NCBI GenBank assembly: GCA_003971905.1
Contig: RSEE01000040.1
Location: 248,001 to 312,000, forward strand
Length of the DNA: 64,000 bases
Source: Moniliella sp. 'wahieum'
Taxonomy: Eukaryota
Direction of reading: 5' to 3'
In this document: piece by piece, positions 25,523 through 38,700 of the stretch
Numbering within the stretch: position 1 is the first letter of the stretch
Layout of the letters: the number at the start of each line of letters is the position of its first letter
The notes under the pieces: generated by a model
What the model was told of the DNA's origin: nothing
Database searches by the model: none
What the model saw: only the letters and a program-made list of their open reading frames with translations
Translations under genes and position numbers: made by a program

Positions 25523-28298
25523 TTAGATGGCTGTGTCGGGCAGCACTCCGAGCCATTGCTCGCCCCAGTGGGGATCCAGCCGGCACCAGCCCTGGGCACC
25601 GGTCCAGCCAGGGTGGCCGGTAAAGAAGCGGTGGGTGCACACCTGCCGCGCGCTCGGCCGCGCCCCTGGGTCGACCGCGAACAGAGATGGATGAGCTCAA
25701 TCGCATCGGCCACGGTGCCTCCGCCATCAGCTTGCCCATCTCGCCCGTCCCCCTGGCCATGGCCGATATCCCCCAGACCCCCCGCTTGCGTAGCGTTGAG
25801 CCGGGCGCGAGGTGGGATCCTGGAGCGCACCCAGTGCCTCCTCCCCGTTCCAAAATGGACATTCGCCACACAGCAGCACATACATCACCACCCCCCAAGC
25901 CCATATATCTTGGGCCGGGCCATCGTAGCTTTCTCCGCGCAGGATCTCCGCCGCAGCATACTCCAGCGTGCCCGAGAAGGTGTCGAAGCGCTTGCGCAGC
26001 GACCGACTGCGGTGCGCGGCCGAACCAAAGTCGATCAGCTGCGCATGAAGCGGCGCACCGTCCAGAATCACGTTTTCGTCCTTAATGTCGCGGTGAACCA
26101 TGCCATGCTCATGCAGAAAAACAAGCGCCGCGGCCAGCTGCCCCGCAATGCACCGCACCTCCCGCAACCCCAACCCACCGGCGGAGGATTCGATAAAGTC
26201 AAACACATCCTGCCCTTCCCCGAACCGACGCATGACCAAGTAGTAGTACTCGACGTCCTCGAAGAAATCGAGCATGTGGGTCAAGTTGGGGTGGTACAAT
26301 GGCTCGCCCACTTGCACCCCTTGGGCCGGGACAAACTCTCGGCGGACTGAGTATTTCGCTAAAACGCTCGGGCAGGAGCATCTCAGGGCTCCAGGGTGGC
26401 CATGAACGAGGCGGAGGATAAGGCAGCCGTCGCAGCTGATCCATCACATGGATCTCGGTGGGGATGGTGCCAAGCGTACGATGGCGCCGCCAGCAGTCAG
26501 CGAGGATACGGCTCTTGACAATGTACTTGATCACCACGGTCTCCCCACCGCGCCTTGGGAAGGGGGGGGCTGCCCGCGTAAGGGATCACTTAGGCGAGCT
26601 AGCTGAACAACACCATAGGCTCCACGGCCAATCTCCTTGATCAACGTGTACTCCCCTATTCCCCGCTTCTCCCCCGGTGGTTTGGCCACAAAGGGAATGA
26701 CCTGCGCACCCTCCGGTACGGGAGCAGGCGGGTCGGGAGGAGGGGGGGCAGGTAAGCGTGTGTCAGGGGTGTGGTGTTTCCAATGGGTTAACGACCTGGC
26801 ATCGTCCTCCTCTTCCACCTTGTCCAACAGCGGTGTACTGGTTGGACCAGACAACTTGGTAGGAGCAGGGGGCTCTTTCCGTGTCAGGAACATGCTCAGT
26901 TCGCTGGTAGTGGGTGTACGAAGGACCAGACCTGACTTCCTCTTCGGGGTTGAGGCTGAAGCGGCACCTCTTCCCCGCCCGCCACCGCGGCCTGCAGCCG
27001 AGCAATGAGCGAATCGATGCATAAGGGGTTCTCTGGGTCCCGGTCCTTGAGGGAACTCGGACGCGAAGGCGATTCAGACGGGGTGGAGAGCGAGGTTAAC
27101 GGGATGGCTGTCAAGTTGCTGCCCAGGCTCGGCACAACATGGCCCCATGGTGAGGAAGCGTCATTCAGGGGGCATCCGCCTCCCTAACCGCCTTGGGAGC
27201 AATCCGTATCCTGCGCAGGCGTGGCTGTTCGATAGTCTCCCGAGGTGGAATGTCGCTGAAGAGGGGTCCACTACGGTTGGGCCCACGGGGGGTAGGGAAG
27301 CGGGGGGCTCGGAGAGTTTGAGACAAGGTGCGGGCCAAAAACCGACCCGAATGCCGGCGGCGAGAAGCAGGGGGTACTACAGAGGAGTAACGATCAAACA
27401 CCTAATGGGCGGGGTGTATACATACCTTGCAAGGGATGGCCTCCGAGCTGGCCGAGACGGATGCACGCCGGTTGTGGGTGGTGCGGATGAGAGGGTGTGA
27501 GAGACTGAAGCAATGGCTCACTGGGCAGGCGTTTGCGTCGTAGGGGTGGTGGCACAGGCGGTGGAGGTGAGAAAGGATGGAGTGAAGATGACCCTGGGGT
27601 AGATCTGTCCCCGCGAAAGCCTAGCGGGTTGCGGCCCGTTTGGCGCTGCGGGGCCGTGATGGGGGAAGGGGCTGGCGCAGCAGGCGGGAGGGGAGGACTG
27701 GGCGGCGGAGATAGGGACGGGGGAGAGGGGACCATGCTGGGTATGGCTAAGAGGTCGCGATCGTCCTCGAAAGCTTTGCGGGTCTGGCGGCCCGGGTTGA
27801 GTCGCTGAGGGCGGACAGGGACGGCGGGCTGGGGAGGAAGGAGGTCCACATTTCCCTGGCTGCTGCGGGGATTGCCGATGCTAGACACACGCGGGTAAGC
27901 AGCGGCGCCGGGGCGGGGAAGGAGGGTGTCCTCCGTCGAAGAAGCAGGCGATGGCGAGGCAGAGGCAAAGAATGGCGAGGCGGGTCGGTTGTAGGGGATG
28001 CGAGGAGCGCGGACGGGACGGTAGAGTCGAGCGCCCGGGCGGGCTCGAGCGGGCGGAGGATGTCGCTGGTGCGGCCGCCAAAGCTGCGGAGCGAGTAGGC
28101 ACTGCACAGAGCTACCGGAGCGCGCGAGGGATGCGGGGCCGGCGGAAGCGGCATCTAGGCTGGCGGGGCGGCGGGGTGGGGCGGGGGGGCGGAGGAGGAT
28201 GGGGTGGCCGACGCCGGCGCGGGCACGTGGGCCGACGAGGGGACGGACACAGGCCGGCCATCGAACGCAACGCTGGGCCCGATGCGTTCGAGCGGCAT
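25523..28298 (-). CDS. PAS-kinase-family (CAMKL/PASK, Psk/Ppk6-like) Ser/Thr kinase with disordered N-terminal region; ends approximate
   Basis: IGRGAYGVV, VIKYIVKSRILADCWRRHRTLGTIPTEIHVM, HRDIKDENVILD, LIDFGSAA, FDTFSGTLEY, QDIWAWGV. Confidence 0.85.
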
Positions 28299-28852
28299 GG
28301 GGCGGTGGTGGGGGGAGAGCGAGGGCGGCGGAAAAAATATCAGGGCGAGGCGAGCGGGTACGTGGGCGGACCAAGCAGCGGAACACGACGAGCAGGGCCA
28401 AGTGAGCCTAGCGCGCTCCAGCTGGCTTACCCACGCCCACCAAGCTTCACGCCCGCTCCCAGCCTTGGAGCGTTCAACCTGAACTTGGACCGTGAGTTCA
28501 AGCTGCCGCTGCATGCGCTCCTGCCGGCATGCCGCTGCAAGCCTGCACGTCTGCCCCTGCCCGAGCCTGCCCGCTCCCCCCACCCCACGCTCCCGGCCAG
28601 TGTCCCGCCGCAGCCCATCATCCATGGCCTGCGGTCATCGATCCATGTCACATGTCACATGTCACATCCTGTTGAACGTTCAACAATCTCATCCTTCCAG
28701 CTTCAAATCACACAGCAACCAACTGTTCGAGGTTGAAACTTGCACTTTCCCACGCGTTCCGCAGCTGCCTGGGCCTGCTCTTGCCCTCCCATCCGCGCGC
28801 CGTTAAACGACCCCCCCCCCCCCCACCCCCTTCAGCCGTGTCCCTGGCCACC

Positions 28853-30370
28853 ATGCGCACCTGGATCGACACGCTGCGAGGCCAGCAGCATGTCGCCTGC
28901 TTTTTCTGTCGCACCCCTGCCATCGTCGGTGCCCACGCGGTTGACTGGGTCTGTACTGCCTGTGGCGAGTCCAATGGCCCGCGTCGCATGGCCGGCGTCC
29001 TAGACCCCTCGACCCTGCCACCCAAGCGTCTGCCCCAGTCTCGCCATACCACCCTTGCACGAGTATCCAGTCCCAATCCCTTCTGCCGCACATGTCTTCG
29101 CAACCAGCAGATTGTCTCTGCCCTCCTCGCTGACTTTGTTCCACCCGACGACCCTGCCGACGCCAGCAAAGCCGCTGCCACATACCGTGCTCAACTCGAG
29201 GCGAGTTATCCGCCCGTATGCTCTGCGTGTGCCTTTGGTCCAGGAAGCCATTGCCCAAAATACCCGCCGGGCCAAGATGTCCATGTACGCTGCCGCTACA
29301 GCGGCCGGACCGTCCTGCCGCTGCGTGGACTGTGGAGGAGGGCACCACTTCTGCATGGTTCGCCATGCAAGGCTTTCCTCTTGCGCTGACCTTGATTTGG
29401 CTCGCTCATCTTTACAACCCCGAATGGGTGAAGGTTGATCTGCCGCTTAACCCCACCTACTTTCTTGTTGCTGCCCAGTGTCTGGCTGTCTTGTACGGGG
29501 GCCGGGGACGCCGACGTCGAATTCTAGTGGCTGGAGCTGGGTTGGTTCAGATCCTGGCTCTCTTTAGCCCACACATTCTGCAGCTGTACTTCCAATGGGC
29601 GCAGCCAGATCCCCTTTGGTACCATGGTGCCATTCAACGAGCTTCATCTGCCCCAGCCTGGCTCCGTGACTTTTCGGACCTGCCTCCCGGCCTGGAGTGG
29701 GTGGTCATTATCGCGGGGTTGGTTCAAGGCTGGTACATCCATACTGTTTGATTCGCATACCCTTCCCTCGGTAACTGACATTTCTTTTTGCTTGTCCAGG
29801 CCTTATTTTTTCCTACTCAGCAGTCGCCGTTGCCGCCTCCACCACCACCACCACCATCATCGCTGCCACCACCGCAGGCAGATCGACTCGTCTCGCACCC
29901 AATACAACCTGGCGTCTCTTGTGCCCTCTTCGCCGCCCCCCGCAGCCGACCCGTTGCTGACTTCCTGGGGGCTTTCTGACACACCAGACGAGGCAGATGA
30001 GCCCATGGACTGGGAGCCTGATCCTAATGTGCGGCGACGGCGTCCCGCTCCGGTTCTGCGCCCCCAGACCTATTTCCCCCGGCACGATCCAGGGCCAGCA
30101 GACGGGCTGGAGGATGTTTGGACGAGCCGTGGCGTTGCAGGATGCGAACCGTCCGGACGCCGACCGCGGCTATCGCACCTCGCGCTCTTCCTCGTCACCT
30201 TGGGTCTGGCCTTGGCGGTGGGCTTTGTGGGGTCTGTAAAAAGCGGGGGGGTACACGCGGATGTGCTGAAATCTGGCATCATGCATCAGGCCTCAGACGC
30301 CTTGATCAGCTCGATTTGTGTTGCTGTGTTCAGTCGTTGGTGGCAGCAAGGCCGGGTAAGCACTAAGTGA
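28853..30370 (+). CDS. IMA1: Inner nuclear membrane protein Ima1/Samp1 family
   Basis: Ima1_N cysteine pattern CFFC...WVCTACGESN...PFCRTCLRNQQI...YRAQLEASYPPVCSAC, hydrophobic segments, MDWEP motif, C-terminal TM. Confidence 0.85.
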
Positions 30371-30909
30371 CGCACGTGACCCTGGCGGACATCTCGGCAG
30401 CGGTGGCGAGTTCAGCCGAGAGGGGGATGCTGATGCATGGGGTATGCAGACTGATGCGTGCTTACGTGTGCAGTGAGCCGTGGGAGCAGTGGCTGGTGAC
30501 CGGTGACGAGTGGCGGTGATTTGAACGTTGATACGGACGTCCCGCTGAGTCGAATGGGACGACTGGCGCTGTGCTGTGCTTCCGGGTGCCCGCCACGGCC
30601 GCAACCAGGGTGCCCGCGTGGAAGCCGGGCACGGCGGCGGTGTCGCTCGCTGGCCGACCGCTGCAGGCACGCGGGCACCCTTGGCTGCGCCCAGCACTCC
30701 CAGACTTGGGTCGACCTAGATTCTCCTGCCACTTTTTCCGATTTTTGCCGCCCCGCGACTGGGGTCGTCGTTGGCCTCCGCCTTGCTGCTCCTTTGCTGC
30801 TCCTCTCTGCTGGCTCCCGAGCGCACCATCCTCGGCTGGAGGACGCCCAGCCGACGCCTCTCGTCGTGCCCCCGCCGCCGCCACCCTCGCCCTCGCCCTC
30901 GCCATCGCC

Positions 30910-32223
30910 ATGGCCGAGCCCCCTCCTCCCCTCCTCCCTCAGCCCTCCGCCCGCCTCCGCAGGCACGCCCCCTCTCTCCCTGTCGCCGCCCCTCCACCCG
31001 CTCTGCCACCCACAACTGCCCCCGCTCCCCCCGCCGCGCCAGCACCTGCCGTCGTTCCCGTGGCTGCCTCTTCCTCTGCATCTGCTGTCGCGTCGCCTGC
31101 GGACGGCGCGGCGGCTGCGGCGCTGAGCACGGCATTGCTCCTCACCGAGGCTACGCGTGGCGAAACGATCCAATGCCCGCACTGCCCCAAGTCGTATAGT
31201 GGCAAGCACGCCCGCTCCATCTGGCGGCGCCATCTGCAATGCAAGCATGAGATTCCGCTTGCGCTCCAACCACGTCGGACGCGGTGGGATGGCAATGCGA
31301 ACCGCCCGAAAAACGCCGACGAGCGGCGGGAGCGCATGCTGGAGAGCAAGCGCAAGTGGGCCGCAAAAAGCGGCTGGCAGACAAGATGGGTTCCAACCCT
31401 GCGCCGCCAGCTGAGGCTGACAAGATCCAGACCCCGACCGCGCTGGCGCGCACGTTTCCGCGCCGCGAGGATGACCGGGATAAGGATTTCATCGCGCGCC
31501 GACTGCATGTCATGCGACAGTCGAAGAAAGCGGCCAAGAGCGAGCCGAAAGACATTGAGAAGAGGAGAGGCAGGAGGAAGAGGCGGAAGAGGCGGATGAG
31601 CTACCGCTGTTCACGCCCCCACACCTAGCCGGCCCCTGCGCCCTCGCTGGCGCACCCCCCCATCAGTCCTTACCCGCCCCATCTTCCCCCCGCCGTATCC
31701 ACCAGCTTACAGCCCGCGCGACGAGGTCCTCGAAGAGCTCCACCGCGAAAAGTATGCCATGCTGGCGCGGATGCGGGGCAAGCCTTCGCCCACTGTCGAA
31801 GGGCCATCGAGCCCCGCGCCCGTCTCGTCTTCGGTCTCCGAACGGCTAGTGGGACAGCGTGGCAACCGGAAGAGCCCGAGGACGAGACAGCGGATGCGGC
31901 GTCGCAGTTGCTGGCCTTGGCTGAGGCATCGCCGTTGCGCGAAGCGCACACGCCCATCCGGCCTACAGGTCGTCTTTTGTTCTTCTTCTTTTCTTTCGTG
32001 GTACCAACGTACGTTGGACACTGACGTTTCTTCTGTGGTACCGCGATTGGACCGTCTGCGCCATGCGCCCAGCAGCGCAGAACGCACGCCGCTGTTTGCG
32101 CGTTCCAACCACCCGTTCCCTACGCCGCTCATCACGCCCCGCTGGAACCCGTCGGTGCCGCAGGCCAAGACGGAGGAGGAGCGGGTGGGCATTGTCCTGC
32201 GCGCCGCTGCCGCTCTCCGTTGA
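30910..32223 (+). CDS. Hypothetical protein with one C2H2-like zinc finger and a basic region
   Basis: CPHCPKSYSGKHARSIWRRHLQCKH followed by RRTRWD...RRERMLESKRKWA. Confidence 0.65.
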
Positions 32224-33945
32224 CGGCTGGACACCGTTGCGGGCCAGTGGGCGGCTGTCGGCCGCGCGGGGAACCGCGCAAGACCACGAGGACGGGCTAG
32301 GCAGGCGGAAGGCGCAGGCGAACCCACCAGTCCTCTGCCCTCCAGGGCCGGCGTCCTCTTGGCTCCCTCTCCCTCGCACCCCGTGGCAAGGCGCAAGAGT
32401 GCCAGTCCGCCCGATTCAGCCTCGGTCTGACGTCCGACTCTGACCACGGGAGGGTCGGGTCTGGTCGGCTCGGTGGGCCTCACCTGCCTGGCGGAGCAAC
32501 GCCCGTCCTGCCGTTCGCGCCAGACGGGCGATCATCTACCCCACCCATATGCATCATGAGAAGTCAATTCAATCTGAACTAGCGAATCAGGCGTGGGCTC
32601 TGCAGACCAGAGGGAAGATCAGCACTGGGTTGAGCGCTTATCCGACCAGATGATCGGCGCGAAAGCGACTGCCCTCGCGGCCCTCGGTCTGTGACGCTCG
32701 GGGGGTACGAGGTCCTCCGGTTCAGACAAGGGAGAGGCCCGGGAGAAGAGTGAGCAAGGCGGGTAGGAGGGACACTCACGCTCAGCTTCTCTTGGTCGAA
32801 AGGTGGCCGTGTCAGAATCAGTGTGCGAGATAAAATACGTGGTAAGACGTGCACTGGTGGGTTTGCCTTTAGCGCTGGAGCGCCAAAGGCGGAAGAGGAC
32901 GTGGAGCAGGCGGCGACTTCCATCACAGCGGTAACTCGCACCCCCATCTCGTGCAGAAACTAGAAACTCGACCTCGAACGTAACCTGTACTTTCCGATGC
33001 ATCCATTCCAAAGGCAGGAATCTGCTGCGATGCAACCAGCGCCACGTTGGTCGTACTTCTCCCAACGTGGGTTCGGCTTGTTCCTTGGGGATGCTGATGG
33101 GTCCGCCGTCGCCCCGGACCGAGTCCACCAACAGGTGGAGTGACAGCACAGATATGGGCGTGGACACCTCCAAAAATTGGCCACAGCACGGTGCGTCGTA
33201 AATGCAAAGACGCACTTTCTTGGGTGCACAAAAATCGTACATCAGCGCACCAGCCCCCGTCCTCTTGGTGGTGTATCCCGTCTCTTCGCATGATGAGCAT
33301 GAAGATAAAGTAGTACTGACTGATCTTTTTGACTGCCTTGGCGGCGATGAGCTGGATATGGTCTGTGGCGTTCAGCCTTACGTGCGGTTATTGATAGCAA
33401 CATGCGTCGTGTGTCAGACAGGGTAGACACGGTGAGATGGCATCTGGAAAGCAGAAAAACGCAAGCAAGGGCGCAGTTGCTCAGCTGCTGCGCCTGCCCT
33501 GGTCGGGGAGCACAACGACGCGAGCTTGTCTGGTATGGAGCGAAGGAAATGTAGGCTGCTTCCACGCTTTTCCCTGCTGTGGCCGGGAGGTAAGTCCCGA
33601 AATTGCGCGGATTACTTTTTGTTACCGCACCCCGCAGGTCTGGAAGCTTGACGGGCGCGTGAGGGTTGAACGTGTTGAAGTTTCGTGCTGGGCGGCGCAC
33701 GTGACCCAAGCGTCGCAGCAGCCAGGCTGGGCCACACTGCGCAAAAGGCTGGGCGAGCGGTGAGAAAGTGACGCACAGCCGATGATGTGTGACGTACGGC
33801 CGGCATCATGCGCTCCGGAGACGAGGCAGGACCACAGGCGCCATGCCCTCTGCGCCGTAGGTGGCCCCGTGCCCGGCCCCCGGGCAAAAGCACAGCCCAG
33901 CCTCGCTTCGACCGCACCCCCTGCTGCTCTTGCGATCACCACAGC

Positions 33946-34892
33946 ATGGGCACCGCCTCTGATCCTGCTCCCGCCGCGGGCACCACCCGCGCGCCCCGCC
34001 CAGCGACCTTCCTCCCTCCTACGACGAGTCGGTAGGCCTTGGTCTGGATTCCGCCCCGCCTCCGGCTCCGGCTCAAGCCTCTAGTGCTAGCAGCTCCCAT
34101 CCGCCTCCCTTGCCAAGCGTCCACCCCTCCCACCGTCCCCACAGCTCCACTCCTGCCACACCCCTGGCCGCGTCGCTACCCCCTCCAGCCCTGCTCCCAG
34201 CGCAAACTCTGGCCCGTTCATCCCACCTCCAGGTCCCGGAGAAGACAAGCGCCCGCTTCCGTCTGGGTGGATCCGCCAGTTCGATCCTGCCCGCGGGCAT
34301 CCTTTTACGTCGACCAGCGCGGCAACAATGGTGCAGGTCGCAGCACGTGGGTGCACCCCTTCCTCGATCCACAGTACCTTGCCTCGCTCCCCCCCCAGCA
34401 AAGGAAGGTGATCGAATGGGAGAACACTGTGCAGCGGATGCGCAGTCTGGGCGTGGACACTTCTTTGGCCACGCCACCTCCGGCTGTCAGTGACGCTCAG
34501 GACGCGTTGCATTCAGGCAAGACATCTACCGTGCCTCAGGTGGGAGATCCTAAGCGTAAGATGGGCCGGAAAGAGCGCAAGGCTATGGAACGCAAGCAAG
34601 CGGAAACGTTCGCTCAGGCGCAAGCGCGGTTGAACCGCGCCTTTGTTGAAGCCTCCCGTACTGGCCGAGCCATTTTTCTCCAACGCGATGCGGATGGGAA
34701 AGACGTGGTCGTGTTGCCGCCACGCACCTCTCCCCCCGGTGTACCAGATCAATTCCTTTACTTGATTCAGGACCCGCGCTTGAAGTGCATTCGCTCCGGC
34801 AACGGGCAGCCTATGATTGTGCACAAACACAATAATGGAGCGATCGTTGGCGGCATTGTGGGCGGGGCTATTTTGGAGCTCTTTTGCTTTGA
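33946..34892 (+). CDS. WW-domain protein with N-terminal PPxY and hydrophobic Gly-rich C-terminus
   Basis: RPLPSGWIRQFDP..FYVD...RSTWVHPF (WW, ~34245-34362); LPPSYDE at ~34008-34028; ends GAIVGGIVGGAILELF. Confidence 0.75.
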
Positions 34893-35734
34893 TCGGCCCG
34901 CTTCCCCACCATCTCGATCGTTGTGTTGGCACATTTCCTCGGATGGATGCCCAAGCGGGTGGCCAATTGCGTGGCTTCTGAGCATGCGTCGCGCCTGGAC
35001 TTTTTGTTCTTACTTGCATGGGTTTGGTCCTTCCTCTTTATATCTGGATTGCCGAAGCGTTGTATGCTTTCTTGGCCTGCTCCCGCCGACCTAGTCTCTC
35101 TTCGATTCATCCATGCATGACTTCGTTTACCCTTTCTGCTCATCGTGCGGTGGCTTATGGAGAGCTGGGACCTTGTTGAGACAAAGATGGTGCATATAGA
35201 AGACAGGATCGGGCGCGTGCCGGCGTGGTGGCATGGTGTGCGGAAGACAATACCCTGGGCCACAACCGGACTCTTTCCTTTGCTCAAGCGTCGCCATTCA
35301 ATCCTGATCCATGTGTTTTCGCTTGGTGTGGACTGCATCCGCCCGAAGTGCTGCCCAAAATGCTGCCCAAAACCAAAATGTTGGTCCAAACTCGTCGCGT
35401 CGCTGGCGTGCAATTTGAAACCAAGCGTATGCGACGGACACATCCGTCGCGCTTGCGCACTCGGCGGGCGGGGCACTGGGCGGCTGCTGTGCTGTGCCAA
35501 ATGTGCCGTCTGAGCACGGAAACACGCCGCGTGCGGGACGCGGGACGCGTGACGGGCGCGCGTGATGGTCGCGGCGACGGACCATCAGACAATGGCCGGA
35601 TGGTTGCGCCGGCCACTGGACACTCAGAACTCAGAACCGCCCTCCACTCTGCTCGACCAGCAGAACACCCCCCCACGCCATCGTCTGCGTCGCCCGTGTC
35701 CTCCCAGCGTCCTGGCCACCGCCTGCGCCCAGCG

Positions 35735-38700
35735 ATGCCATTCCCCCCCCGCCCGCCCGCTCCTGGCCCCGGCGCAGACCCCCGCCCGACGCGGACGCCA
35801 TGCCGCGCCGCTCCCCCTTCAGTGTGCCGGGTCTCCCCGCCAGCACCTAGGCGCGGCACGAGGAGAGCGTGCGCCGGCTGCATAAGGAAGGCGTCAACGG
35901 CGTTGGTGCCAGCACCATCGACATGTATCGCTCCAAGGTGCGTGGCTATATCGAGTTTAATCTTCAACTCGCCCTCCACGAAGACAAGCTGCCCTCCCTG
36001 TCTGCGTATGCCGACGACCCCGTGCAGTTCAAAATACAGTTCGAGCAACGGTGCGTTTCCTCCTCGTGCCCCGACCAGTTCTGCCTTCAGTGGTTCGTGG
36101 TCGGCCCATTGACACGCTACTCGGCAGGACACTGGCCACAGACCTCAACCTTGCCACGTTTCTCCAAGCGCAGGCCAAGCACGGCAGGGCCCTGACGGAG
36201 TACCTCAGCACCTGCTTTGACAATCGCATATCCTCAGGGCAGCTTGCGCAGGCGCAGCTTCCCCCTGGGTTTCCAAACCGAGGGATCCTCCCCCTGGGAC
36301 GGACGGGCCGAACAAGCGGCGAGCAACGCAAGCCAACCAGTTCCCTCGGCCCGAGGCGCAAGACGATGGTGGGTTTCAAGAGCCTGAACCCTTCCGGTCG
36401 GGCGCCGGGACCCAAACAGACGTCCATTACGCACCTGCCTCACTGCTCTCCGAGTCAGCTGTGACGTACCTCCACAAGTACCAGGGCAGGTTGTTTGATC
36501 TCAAGGAGGGGTTCACGTGGCTCGATGTCTTCCCCCCCAGCCCGCGTCAAGGTCCCCATACCCAAATGGCTCTCAAGACCGAGCGCAAATCGGACGGCAA
36601 GGCTCAAAAGGAAATCCTTGGGGCCGACCAAATGGTGGGTTGTTTTCTCGCTCCAATTTTTTGTTCGCAGTTGATGCTAACGTGTGTCTCAGGTTCCTCC
36701 CGTGATGGCTACTCGCTCAAGGAGCTAGAGACAATTCTGGCCACTTGCTTGGACAACACGCGTTCGTATACGGCAGGCATTCGGGACCACGCGATGGCCT
36801 GCCTGTCGCATTACTGTCTGCTTCGCGGCGAGCACGTGCGCGGGATTCTGCTCATGGACTGTTTGCCTCTCACTCTTCCTATGTCCGAGGCGCCACTGAG
36901 CCAGCCGAGGCGCTGCAAGTTATGTTGCCGAATGGAAGGGCTACCCGGGGGGTTCGAAACGAGCGATGGGTACGATGCGTCACAAGGATGCCAACCTATG
37001 TTGCATCTCGTCTTTGGCGCGCCATTTTTTCTTCGCTTGCAAGTCTTAAGGGAGCGCCGGCCTAGAGGGTGGGGCGATGGGATTGTCTGCCCTTGACCGA
37101 ACCCGAGTCGTGGCTCACCTACCCGGTTTTCCCGGGCAACGAATCCCCAGGGGCACGCCGGAGCAAGCCTCCCTCCATTGTTATGGAGGGGAACGGTGTG
37201 GCAGACGCTGGGGAGGACATTGTGGATGATGCTATTGAGGACGATGGAGAAGTCGATGGGCAGGATGATCGCGTGGAAGGCGCGGAGGAGGCCCCCGAGG
37301 ATGGCATGCAAGACGTCGATGACACAGAGGACGCCACGGAGGATGGCCCGCATGAGGGGGCCGAGGACGTCGCGGCCACTACTACTACTGCCAAGTCCAA
37401 GCGACCGATTGGCACATCAATAATGACGGACCACGGTTATTATTCCGCGGTGTTGCGGTACCTGACAGTGGCGGGCATCAACAGTGGAAGGAAAACTGAC
37501 ATTTTCCGTTGGAGCGCCGTTCGCATTGCCGATATGCTGGGGGTACCCGAGGATTCCATTCGCAGGGCTGGCAACTGGAATGTCTCGCCCCCCTTGCATC
37601 ACCTTGACAACATGTCCATGCCCTTTGTGCGCGCCTTGAATGGATGGGCTCCCAAATGTGGTGCCTACTTCCTTCCCCGTGCCCAACTCGACCCCCCTGA
37701 TGTTCTGCTCAACCAAATCTTTCCTGACTTGGACGACGAGGAGAAAAAACTTGATGCGGCACTCAAGGGTGGAACCCGTCGGCGCCCAAAGAGGGAAGAA
37801 GCGTACCCACCAAGGAACTGAGGTCAGCACGAGACGAGACCACCTTCTGATGGCGAAAGAGTTTGCCAAATTGCTAAGGATGTTTCGACGAATCATCCTT
37901 CAAGACTCTCCCTTTTGGTCTGACACCAGATGCACCCGCCATATCCTCAAGTTGCGCGTCTTTCAGTCGCCGGAGTATCAGAAGTGGTCTCAGGAAATCA
38001 AGACATACGTCGAGCAGCAGCCTGTGCCGGTGAATCCTTCCTTTGGGCGGGAGGCCTCAGATCACGGCACTTGTGCAGCATGGTTTCGGGCTGGTCAATA
38101 ACCGCTTGGGCGCGATGGAGACTGGGTTGGAGAAGGTGATTGAGGAGCAAGAAAAAAACGCATCTCTGACGAAGCAGACAGCGAAAGTGGTGGGCAAGTC
38201 GCTTCCCAATTTCCAATCGTCAATTGTGAGCCTTGCTCAGGAGACGAATCGGCTGTGCGCACGAGACCATTTCGTTGCGGCACAGGTTGAACACCTTCGA
38301 ACCGAAGTGCAGGACCTCAAGAGCCTTCTGACCACCATCGCGGACCATATCGGTGTTCCACTGGCGGAGGGCAATGGCCCACCGTCCCGTGTACCTCGCC
38401 GTGCGCCACGATTTCCCGCCACCGCTCCTGCGCATACGCCGCATGATTCGCCCGGGCTAGCTGGACGTACGGCTCCCCTGGGCCTGCCACAGAGGGAAGT
38501 GTTCATCCTGCTCCCTTCCCCGATGCAATTCCGGCCCCAGAGGTTACCGCCGCCAACCGTGGAGGCGCCAATGGGTCTTCTCCACCTTCCGGACGTCGTG
38601 GGGAACCCGTTGCTGGTGCCGATGCCTCTCTCCCACCTGCGCCTGCGCACAACCCCGTTGCGGCCGAGTGCGATGCTCTGCTTCAAGCGACTGATCGCGC

